Below the pieces are notes generated by a model. The model made no database searches, was not told the origin of the DNA, and was given only the letters and a program-made list of their open reading frames with translations. A stretch of 59,312 nt of DNA, from the NCBI GenBank assembly GCA_018398765.1, contig JAHBMJ010000025.1:1-59312 (forward strand). Direction: 5' to 3'. Within the stretch, counting starts at the first letter, position 1. Each line of letters opens with the position of its first letter. This document shows positions 23,488 to 34,640 of this stretch, piece by piece. The position numbers were made by a program, and so were the translations under genes. The stretch comes from Chromera velia (taxonomy: Eukaryota).

Positions 23488-25129
23488 ATGAAGTCTCTTC
23501 TGTTCGCCGTCGGAGCAACAGCTGTGCTCGCAAACACCGACACTGAGTACGGAGTCGACAAGAACGGAAAGAAGTGCCCCAAGGGAGAGGTCGACTGCTT
23601 CCAGGAGCCTGAGGACAGACCCTTCCCCTCCTCTGGCCCCGTGAAGCCCAACATCTTCGACAAACTCTGGTCAGTTCGTCTCCCTGCTGACGTGTTGCAA
23701 CTCAAACAACAGTTGTCTCCAGATCCGAATAGCCTCTCTGCTCCCCTTCTCTACCCCACCAATCTCTGTTCCCCTCTACCATCGAGTGCAGGAAGAAGGA
23801 CCCCATTGAGATTCCTGACATTCAGATCTTCAAGTCTGACGGAAAGGGAAACAGACTCTTCGTCCCCAACCCCACATTGAACATCAAGGAGAACGAGGAG
23901 CCCTGTACGTCTCTTCTGTTAATTGCTGCCCACATCTTCGTTCCTTCTCTACCCCTCTGCTTTCCGTCTTTCGCCACTTCTTGAACTTGGATTCTCGCTC
24001 TCTGTCAGAGCATTCATCAGGAACGTGTTGCCGCAACAATCCGTGTTACCAAGTGTCTGACCTTCTTCCCGACTTCGATGTCTGAGTGTGCTGTTTTCTC
24101 TTGCCGCTTCCATTCCTTCTTTCCCTCACCATCTCTAGAACTAAAGAGGTCTCACACGTCTGCATGACAGGATGCCCTCGTCTCTCCGTGATTTGCGGTC
24201 TGCAACTCTTGTCCGTTCAAAGCACCACAACAATCCCTCCTCTACCGATCTTCCTCTCCTCCTCGCCCTCGCTTCTGCCCCTGTCTCCTTCTCTCTTTCC
24301 CTCCACCTCCACACTCCATCCTTCTGTGTGCACATATTCTCTTCCATTGCTTCAACGTGCAGTCAAGAAGCTCTGTAACTCTCCCACTTCTGACGGTGTC
24401 TGCTGGGTGTGGGCCGACCCCGAGGAGAACTGCTCTGACACCTGCAGAGAGTTCGCAATCTCCATGGACATGGAGAAGAAGGGAGCCAAGTTCTGCAGCA
24501 AGGCTGCTCTTGCAAAGATCACCACTGAGGAAGAATTCAATGACGCTGGTACCAGGGCCAACAACAACACTGGCTTGGAGATTCTTACCAACGACGAGTG
24601 CGGCAATTTCGAGAATATCCCCAACGATATTGACGTTGAAGCCAGCATGTTCGTCAACTCCACCCCCTTCATTGTTCCCACCGGCGAATCCGAAGTGTGC
24701 TTTGCCAAGACCGAAGAGTTCTTCTCCCAGAACATTGACTGCTTCTCCACCATTGACCCCTCTTTCAATCCCAGTGCCGTTCGTCTCTGCGCGTGCGTGA
24801 CTGATGGTCAGTTCAACCCGAAGACCAAGGACTACGAGACCGAGACCATCGTTGTGCACCCTAACGGACCTCCCACTCCTGAGGACAAGAACAAGACCAA
24901 GGGAGAGAAGGGGTATGGCATGTTCGACCTGAGCGGAATCTTCAACTACGATCTCAGCAAGGACCTCGAGCACACCCAGGGGTACGAGAATCTTTTCAAG
25001 TTCGACTTCGACTTGAAGGACTTCCAGGTTGATAAGGAGGACTACGCTGTTGACAAGGAGGACATCCCTGAGAAGGAGGACTACCAGGTTGACAAGGAGG
25101 ATTTCACCAAGAGCGAGAAGGACGAATAA
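23488..25129 (+). CDS. Secreted Cys-rich protein with acidic C-terminal repeats, copy B (3 exons, 353 aa)
   Basis: Exons 23488-23669, 23792-23904 and 24363-25129, the same lengths as copy A. Two visible amino-acid differences in exon 3 (I/T, A/T). Confidence 0.85.
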
Positions 25130-26249
25130 GCCTTCTCCTTTTATTGTTGAATGAATGAGTGAATGAACAGAGCAGAGTAGTGAGAGAGGGACGAAGTTTA
25201 CCCAACGTTCCCGAAAAAGTTCTGTCTAGAGAAGAAGGCTCTCGGGTTTCTTCGAAATTTGAAGGAACGAACAGAGAGCTGAAAGAAGGGAAGAAAAAGG
25301 GAGTGAGAAGATGGGGAGAAGTTCTCGCCGCTTTCTCTCTCTCTCTCCTTTTCGTCAATGACGCGCGCTGGGATTTTCTTTCTGCATGTAATGAATGAGT
25401 GAGAATTCGTGTCATGCTTCTGCATGCTCTTGTGCTTGTGCGTCTGGTTGCTATCGTTATTGATGAGACATGCATCGCAACGTGATCGTCTACTTTAATC
25501 CATCTATCCCGTACATTCGTACTCTGCTTCATGCCTGATGCTAGGCCTGATGATCGTCGTCCTTCTTGCATGAGTTCGAAACGGCTTGAAGACATTCTGT
25601 TCAGACGTGTGTGTCCGACACTCTGTGTCTGGGATGACTGATGAGCTGTTGCACATGCAATAAACATGTGTTCGTCATTAAATCAGTTTGAATGCTATAT
25701 CTAGACTACAATATAGTGATAGTAATAGTAGTAGCAGTAGGTCGATTCCTCTAGTGGAACGATAGTCCTAGACTTCTGGGATTCAGGTTTCATGGGAATC
25801 AGTAGCAATTAACTTTCTAGTTGTCAAATCAGACTTTAAAACTGTATGCTACCAGTGAATTAATATTCTTTTTTTTGACTCGAACGATTTTTAATTATAA
25901 AACTTTGAATACTACACATAGTACAATCAACTCTAACTTCCTACGCTAGTTCCTATGCGACTCAAAATTTTTAATCACCTATATGAGCTGTCCATGCTTT
26001 ATTAATTGCTCTTAAATTATATATGCACCCCTTTTACTGTCAAACTGCATGATAAAACTTGTTCATATAAATTGTGGTCCATTTTTGTGGACTTGCATCA
26101 TGTAAATTTAAATTATCATTTAATTCATATAAGCTTTTATAAATATATAAGCTTCTATAGATTTGATAGTGAATTGCTACCTGCTAGACTAGCTGCTAGA
26201 CTATGCTAGACTACTTGTAACTAGGCCTGTAATTGCCTAGGTAATACCG

Positions 26250-26975
26250 TGAAACAGAGGTGTTGGAGGACGAGATCCATATGCTGACTGAGTATCCGAT
26301 TTATGATAGAGAAAGAGCGCACATGTATAGAATATTAGGAGCAGACTGGAACGAGGGAAGAGAAAAGAGAGCAAGAGAAGTTTGCAGAGAGAAAAGAGAA
26401 GGACAAAGAGGAAGACTGCACACTGAGGCTCTGTTCAAATTCTTGATGAACGAAGGGCATAGTGCAGTGGATGAGTTTCTGGGGAGGGCGGCGTTCAGAA
26501 GAAGAATGTTCAAGGAAAGCCCAGGAAGGTACGCACCTGGAAGCTCGTTAGATGAAACAGTGCTGGCACAGAGACACGGAGTGATCACAAAAAGAAAGGG
26601 AGGAACGGAAAGAATAAAAGAAGAATACAAGACCATCCTGGAAGCAATGGAAGCAAGAAAACAGCTGAGGGAGGGAGAAGGAGAAATCGCTGAGAGAAGA
26701 ATGGAGAGAGGACGTGCACAAAGCTAAAGTGTCCTTTCGTCCTGTGTCATTAGATCGATTTTTGGAGCAGTCCCTTCTGAGCAGCCCATAGACTAAAGCA
26801 TACAAAGCGCAGACAGATTGTTGTTTGTTAGCGGCCTGGGAAACCAGGCGGGCTATGGGGTGTGGTCTAAGCCTCAGTGATGAGGTACACCCCCCTACCG
26901 TTTACAGGGGCGACCTCTATAAGACAAAACGGCGACAGTGCTCTAGGGCACCACTAATCACTTCACTTCACTTCT
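26250..26975 (+). mobile_element. 5'-truncated copy of the same LINE family as 1505-3730
   Basis: Reverse-complement match to ~1520-2236 (EDEIHMLTE...GRAQS, then 3' UTR); ends in TAATCACTTCACTTCACTT. Confidence 0.88.
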
Positions 26976-28186
26976 TCATATACATAGTACGTGCTACTAG
27001 AGTGAATGCTCATATATATATGCTTATAGAATCTCACAGACTGCCTTTTATCATTGGGCTACGATGGCTACCAGGTTAAGTCACCTCACCATCATCATTT
27101 AATACTTAGTATTCTAATCTTTTTTTCGTTTTTGAGTGGGAAAACGTTCACGATCACGAAAAGGATGAAGAAGGACAAAAGCATGTCGAAGCAGAATCCT
27201 AATTAATTTGAACATCTCAGTGACTTACTTAATATTCAAAAACGAATGAGTATTTAATACTTAGAGTATTCTGGAAATGATTGTACTAGCATGGTTGGCA
27301 TTGGTTGCACAGAAGCTAGCACATGCAGAAGCCATATGAACCTTAGAATTACCACAGGAAGAAAGCAAGCAGGCAAAGGAGGAACAGAGGAAGGAAGGAA
27401 GGCAGCGACAATCAAGAAAGAAACAAAGAGTTTTGAAAAGAGAAGGGAAAGAAGCTAGGAAGAGCAAGACTGCAAATTTAAGCTGCGAGGGACGAACATT
27501 CAGGCCAAAATCGCCCTCCCGGCTCCGGTCCCCCACTGCCGATCGAATGCATTCACATACAAACGGTTCCACATCACACCCACGCATTTAGAGGCACACG
27601 CTTGTACAACACGACCCCGCATGGAAACAGAAAAGAGCTTTCAAAGGCCCCCCATTCAACCGCTGCATGGAGTGGGTTGCAATTCTTTCTGCTTGCATGG
27701 CAGTGCTCTCGATGAATCCAATCCAATGTACACCTAGCTCTTCGGTTCAGGATGCACCGCTTCAATTACCCCTTGATTGACTGAAGCTTAGTCGTCGTCC
27801 GGGATTGAAAAGGAGGATGAATACCGACTCTTCACACATGCGCGCATGCTTTTTTCAAATACAGACAGTAAGAAGAGCGGGAAAGTCACAAAAAAGAATC
27901 AAAAGAGGGAAGGCAACTACCAATTCTCACAAAGGCCGGCAAAGGGTGAAAGAGAGACTACAACCTGCTTTCAGTCCTCCAGATTTAAAGATTGACACCG
28001 ACAAAAAAGAAGCATTCACTCATCAACCCCGCCCCCCCGCGCCCTCGCTCCCGCGTTTATCGAGCGAAAAGCTCTACGGACCAATGTTGAATTTCTGCAG
28101 GGCGTGTGATTGATTGACTTTTGCGTTGCTTCTTCTTGACAAACCCGTCCCAGGGCCGTCTGGTACGTGCTGAGCTCTTGACACCC

Positions 28187-29645
28187 TCACGCGTACCCAC
28201 TCACAACGAGGGAACAGGACCTCGTTTTCGGGGCAGAAAGGCGGACATCGAATTGCAGAGCGCCCCCCTCGGTCCCCCGCGCAGCAGAGAGAAGATTCTG
28301 CCAACAGCAGAAATTCGACTTACCCCAGCCGCCGCCGATGGGGCATGTAGAGAAGTCTTTCGTGCGATTCATTCTCTCAATGTCTCCAGAGACCCGGTGT
28401 AGTCGTCCTTCTTCCGCAGAAAAACGGCTGCATTTCCCTCGGCAGACGCGAAATCTCCCTTTGGATAGACGAGGAGGGAAAAGCGAAAATCCTGCGAGCG
28501 TAATGGGGCAGTGCACATAAACTTGTGGCAAATTATGATTTGTTGGGGAGAATCAGAAAGAAAGAAAAAGAAAGACCAGACGGAGGAAAAAAAAGAAAGG
28601 CACGCAGGAGTACATGACGGTCAAGTTCCTCCCAAAGCAGCAAATTTGCCTTTCATAAGGGAAAAGATGACGTCAGAAGAGAGCATACCGATCGACTAAT
28701 GCACAAGAGGAACGGCCACGTCTCAGAAGAGAGGGAGAAGAATAGATCGAATGAGGCAGGTTGAGACAAACAGAGCAAAAAGAACTGCTGACCTGAAAGA
28801 CAAACGAGAGACTCTCGATGAACTCATTCTTTTTCTTCCCAGCGATCTTTGCTTCAAAATCAGGAAAGCGAACAGTCACATCGATCGTGTCGGTGTCGAA
28901 TCTCGAGTCCAGGGTACCCTGAAGGACGGCAATCTCTTGGGAGAGCAGATCGATGTGGCTCGCCGTACTGTCAATACTGTGCTGAGCTATGAGTTTGCGC
29001 TTCATCTTCTTCCCACACCTGGAAACAGGGCAGTCCACAGTCTCTTCTGGGCATTCAGTTCTGACGGGATCGGAGACGTCGCCTCTGGGGCGTTTTTTTC
29101 CCACAGCCATTGGGGTAGGAGACGGGGAACTTCGGGCAGGTGTTCAGGTGCATGGACTTGGAGTTGAAGCGCACGCTCTCCTTGCAGTGGTCGCACGGAA
29201 CCAGACGGTACTCACACGTTTTTTTGTGCTCAGCGAGGAGCCTTCGCTTCATGTGTTTGTTGCACCCCTCGAATGGGCACTTCGTCTTCTGCTCAAGACA
29301 GTCGGAGTCGAGATGCTTCTCCAACTGCTTTTTCGTGCCTGTGAAGTCACACCCACCCTCAAAATTCAGGCACTTCCACTTCACTTCTTCGATGAAGCTC
29401 AGGACCAGACCCTGGGGTTTCTCCAGTTTGGAGAGCTGCCCTCTGCAGCAGGGGCAGGGTCGGCGATTGTCGTAGACTTCTTTGATGCATGCGTCGCAGA
29501 AGACGTGTCTGGTTGCACAGTCCGTCTCTTTGGGGTCATCGATATAGTCATGGCAAATGGGGCACAAGGCATTCGCTGCCTGAGTCTCCCAGCCAGGAGC
29601 TGCCAAGGAGGCATCGAGCCCGAGACGCTTGGGTTCAGTTGACAT
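28187..29645 (-). pseudogene. TRAF-like RING + TRAF zinc finger + MATH gene, frameshifted (probable pseudogene)
   Basis: RING CPIC...CATRHVFCDAC...CPCC and TRAF fingers in 29055-29645. The protein continues in another frame (28673-29110) after an A7 run near 29093-29099. Donor after FVFQ; last exon has a MATH-like GWG..F motif. Some Zn ligands are substituted. Confidence 0.7.
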
Positions 29646-30238
29646 TCTCGTGACTGTGGTGTCAGAGTTGGTTGGAGACGCGTTCCCCAGCTCAGTCCCC
29701 CGCTCACTTGGGCGGTCGACAGAAATCCAGATAGTGGTTCAAAAGAACGGTCGAGCAGAAAACCAGTTGCGTGAGGAACGATCACAAGTCTGCAGCAGTG
29801 CATTGTGATTGTTTGGCACAGGCTGGGATTCCTGGGAAGTCTGCATTACTCGGGCGGAGTTATCTCTTTGCTCAATGAAATGAATTTAATTATTAATAAT
29901 GCCTGAGGAGACGGCATCATGCCAGTGACTGGCTCGGCGTGCATGGCGGCGCCGACTGAAGAGGTCCGCGGCCGGCCCCGTAACACGAGTCATGCAGTTT
30001 GAAGCAACACAAGAGATTCTTGAAGAGAAACGATCAGATTGCTGGGCAGTACACTGCCACAGAGTCTGAGGCAAGAGGATCCACTCAAGTTTTTTGTTCA
30101 GATCGAACAGTACATCAGACTGGGAATTCACTGCTTCCATCGTCAGATCGATCCCCGCATTGCTCCTGCCTCTGACATATATTGATCTTGCTTGTTCCCT
30201 CAGTGTTTCGAATCATCCGGAATCATCAGTCTAGAGCC

Positions 30239-31088
30239 ATGGTTGTTTTGGGTGGGCTTGAGCTTGTTTGTTGTGCACCAGCTGCGGTGCATTGCATGAT
30301 CACGGGAGTTGCGGCGCTGGTGGAATTGGGGACGCAAATCTCCAAAGGAGTCGAGGCAGCAGCTAAAGTGATTGAGATGCTGAACGAGGAAGTGCCGGAA
30401 GTAACGAGAGAGCAGATAGAGGAGGAGGACCCAAGTGTGAAGGAGTACTGGAAAGACTGGCCTGACCACAGGGTGGAGAGGGTGTTGGACGAATACAGAT
30501 ATTTCAGAATGAACGGCGTGCAGAGAGAGATCAGTTCTGCGGTGCAAGTGTTGCTTGACCGGCAACGGCTGTTGCTTCGCTCTGACGCTTCTGAATTGCC
30601 GTGCTAATGACGTCAAGGAATGGTTTAGACATGAAAGTGATCTGGTTTCTCCGTTCCCCCCTTCTTTGTGGTAGGCCTGTTCATGATGATGTGCTCTTGA
30701 CCGACCAGACTGAGTAGTGATACATTCAAGTATGTCATCACACATGTGTGCACGACCCCGTCCGTGCATTCTGTACGCTCACTGTGTATTCTTTTTGCAC
30801 CTCTCTCGACATGTTGATGAATGTGTCCTTCTGCTTCTGTGTGTGTGTTCCCGTGCATCCGTGCAGTGGCACGACTTGAAGTACCTCTTTTCCTCGGGGC
30901 CAATGCGGCGCCGTCTGGTCGTTCCAGAGAGGAAGATCTCGTTCCCTGCCCCCCCTCAAGTGGATGAGTGGGAGTGGGAGGTAATTGAGGAAGGAGAAAG
31001 CGAGGAAGATGAAGAGGAGGAGGACTCTTTGATTCCTGACCCCACTGCCCCCCCTGCACATGCCTGTGCGCATCTGTTCATGAATTGA
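30239..31088 (+). CDS. Hypothetical 174-aa protein, 2 exons, acidic C-terminus
   Basis: Exons 30239-30541 and 30867-31088 join in frame across a GT-AG intron. Confidence 0.6.
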
Positions 31089-34000
31089 AATTTCCCTCAC
31101 ACTGTCAGATCCCCTCCTTGACGGTCTGTCCGACTCTCCCCCCTCCTCTTCTGGGAGCGGTGCCTGAGAGAACGAAGCAGAACTTCAGGGGAGCAAGGGG
31201 GGTCTTGAAGTCGTAGCTGATGCTCATTGCCTGTGTGTGACAGCCACCCGGGAGGGGAAGTGTGTGAGGCTCGGAAAAGAAGAAGAGGATTCTGGATGAC
31301 AGAGAAAGAAAGAGAAATGTCACAGAGAGAAGGAGGAGAATACGTGCAGTGCATGTAGCTTTTGCCTTCCTTCTTTCAGCTTTGCGACAGGGGTTCCCTG
31401 TCTGTCTGAAGGAGACGGGGGGGGTCCGTGAAGCGAAGAGAGGGGGGGAAGGGACTGATCGAGAGGTGACACAAAGGGTATGTCTCTTTTGAGAAGCTCG
31501 TGCATGGTTTGGCGTCTCTCCTGTGATTTTTCTCCCAGGACGCTGATAGAGATTGCGGGTTGGCAAGAAGTGAAAGAACATGTAGACGTACAGTGAGGGA
31601 GGGTGAGGGAAAGGGTGAAGGGATGATCCGAGGGGAATCCTTGGAGATGGAAGAAGTGAGCGTGTGGCCGTCTGTGTTTGTCTGTCTCCCCTTTCTCGGC
31701 GGCAGAGGGCATGCAGACTGCCGCGAAAGAGAGAGAAAGATACTCGATCGATCACGTAAGAGTTGGGGAAAGGGGATAGATAATTGTCACACGCGGGTGC
31801 ACAAAAAGTTTATTCGATCTATCTCGTGTCTTCCTTCTTTCAGCAGGCCTTGCAAAAAGGGATGAGTTGTCTCTCATGCAGGAGAAAAAAGGGATCATCC
31901 TGTGAGGGCAAAATTAAGGGGGGGCCCAGGGGGGGTTGCATGGGGTGGGACGGCAAGGGAATGCATAGAGACGAAAGGAAGAGGCTCGACGTCCTTTTTG
32001 GCCCTCGATCCTCTCCTGTCATGCTTCTTCTTTCGGCATTATAGGAACTTCAGCTGCATGGACCGCTCTAGCTGATCGAATCATTTGTTGATCGAGAGGG
32101 TGAACGGATGACTGCATGAGGGGGAACCTTTAGAGAGGGTTCAAGAGAGCGTGCAGCTGACAGTGTCCCTCTGCCAGTTTTCTTTCTCTCAGCCTAGCTC
32201 TCAGCTCAGTTTGATGGAGTGCGTCGCTGTCTGAAGAAAAAGGAGAGACTGTAAAAGAGGAGGCCTGGCCGGTGAAGAATCAAGAGACTTGAAGGTTCTG
32301 AGGGACGAGCGAGCGAGAACGGGAGCTAGCCTCAGGGAGGCAGGCAGGCAGGCAGGCAGGAGGCCTTCCTTCATTCCTTTGCACGTTGAGAGAGACTCTT
32401 CCTTCCCACTTCCTCCCTCGTACACCCTGGCAGGCAGCCAAGCAAGCAGGCAGGCAGGAAGATGAAACGTTAAGTCATGCACTCGATCTGTTGCCCTGAG
32501 CTAGCTTGCCGTCATTCGATGTCTCATGCAGCTAGAGTCTCGATCTGATCGATTGGTTCGATCAACTTGCACGAGCCTGTGAAGGGAAGACCCAGGGGGG
32601 GGGGGAGGGGAGGGGAGGGGGCCCAGGACATTTGAACAGAACCTTGATTACAACTAGACGAGGGAAAGAACCTCGCAGCTGCGTGTTCCTTCTCTCAACA
32701 AGGCAGGGACGTTGATCGCTCCTCTTCCTCTGAAAAGAAAAGGAGACGGTGGGGGGGAAGGAAGGAAGGAAGTCGACTGAGGGCAACTCAGGACGAACAC
32801 AAAGAATTAAATTGCATGGGGGGCGTGCATAATTTTGTCTCCCCCGCTCTAGCGCAATCTGCTGCATGTGTCCTCTCACTGTCTCGCAACCACAGATAGC
32901 GAGTCATGTGTTGTCCTTTGGTTGAAGAGTTTCCTTCATTCCTTCCTTTCGGACGTCTCGAGCTTGACAATGTGATCTTTGTTTCTTCTTCCGACTGCAT
33001 CTTGCCGTGTGCTGTGAGTCACGGAGTCCCACTGAGTGGCCACCGGAATAGCTCTCTCTGGGGTGAGGAATTCTTGCATTTCCTCTCCTAAGCTGTCACG
33101 GGCGTGATGCGCGTCCTTTTCAGTAGGGCCAGAGAGGGTCTGTGTGGGTGCTCGCATCCGGTGGGACGTGTAGTACCGTGCATGTATCTGCGTGTGTGCG
33201 TTGCAAGGAAGAAGGGGACACGTGGGAAATGGACCTCGCATGCAGTCGACACAGACTACTGTGGCACTGATGGATAGTCAGGAAGGTGGACATGTGTAGG
33301 CAGCAGCAAGCAGAGTGTATGAGTGGCTGAGACGTGAGGGAAGGCCCTGAAGGGGTGAGGAGGTAGGGATCGAGGTGGGGCGAGTCAGAGGAGGGTTACC
33401 TTTCGCTAGCTGGAGCAAGCAGGGTATCTGGCGTCGAAGAGTCACTGTCCACTATTTAAGTTCAATTAAACCCAGTACGATAAACCAGTGCTTCACCGGC
33501 ATGCAACAGTGCACGCGGCACGCCTAGAGTATACGCATATATGCATATTTAGTTTTATCTTTTTCTGACTCGTTTATTTGCTGAATATTGAGACAACAAC
33601 TGACAAATCCTCAGCAACAAAAATAAATTAACTTATATATTTAATAGAGACTTTGACAGAAATATTAAAGACTTATAAAGTTGTTTCAATTTCTAAACAA
33701 TGAATCACTTTCTAATAAATTCATTCCATGCATGAATTATTAATTTTGGAATAAAGCTACTGTTTAAATTATCTAGAAACTTATTTGCATGCATACAGTG
33801 TTCTATGCTAACAAAGGGTTTGTGAAAGTCTAACAGTAACGCTCTGACAGGTTAAAAGGTTTCTGATTGAGAGTTGCTTTTAGAGCTTACAGTTTGAATC
33901 ACTCAAAGATTGTTATTATTATTCTTTTAGTCATAATGACATTAAATTTTAACATGCACAGTCTTTGTCATTAAATGCATTCGGTCTCAGTGATTATCAC

Positions 34001-34640
34001 TGTCAGAGAGGTACAATGGGAATTAAAAGAGAGATGGAAGCAATTCAAATGTTTAAAAAAAAAAAAAAAGTGTCAGAGTACATGTGATTGAGGGTTCATG
34101 CATGCGCACATCCGAAAATGACTTAAGTTTTTCCCCGCCTGATCGATCGGCCGCGCGCGCAAAGCGCGAGCATAGCGCGAGCGCTCGATTATGTAGATGC
34201 GTCGTGAACGTATACATGCATGCATGTACGATCGATCGAATTAATGTTTCGATGCGTCGATCAGCATTTACATATATAGCATGAACACATTTCGACATCA
34301 TTTGACAGATCTAGCTTCATACAGCTGTCTCTACGTCTGCTGTTATCCCGATCTTTATACATCCCGATACAGTTCCGGGGAAAGAGATTCAAGCAAGCAG
34401 GGGCAGTGATGTATATAGACGGATCGGAAGATTCATCCTCAAGTCTTTGTGAGAAAGAGCGTCTCGTCGGAGTTTCGGCTCTCTTGAATTGCTTCGCACT
34501 CTCAATACGTATCAACAAAATCAAATGCAAAAGATGCTACGCGATAACTCTGCGGAGATCCCTGTCAGCTAGCCTGTCAGGAATTTCGAGTCAAACATAC
34601 ACGCACGAACCCCTCTATCTTTTTATCCTTTGGGTACAGG

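Noticed and set aside
23905..24362. Extra Cys-rich mini-exons or an in-frame TGA (selenocysteine) inside intron 2; ORF-track starts at 24086 and 6485
   Set aside because: A single intron 23905-24362 gives a clean in-frame join (EEP-F-KKLC), whereas the two internal CAG acceptors at 24008 and 24020 create stops.
26870..26935. Hammerhead-like GTGATGAG...GACAAAAC in the LINE 3' UTR
   Set aside because: The other copy reads GCGATGCG, and neither copy has the CUGA or GAAA core.
31105..33445. Possible spliced minus-strand gene
   Set aside because: Some splice-like sites and short ORFs are present, but no coherent phase-compatible model or homology.
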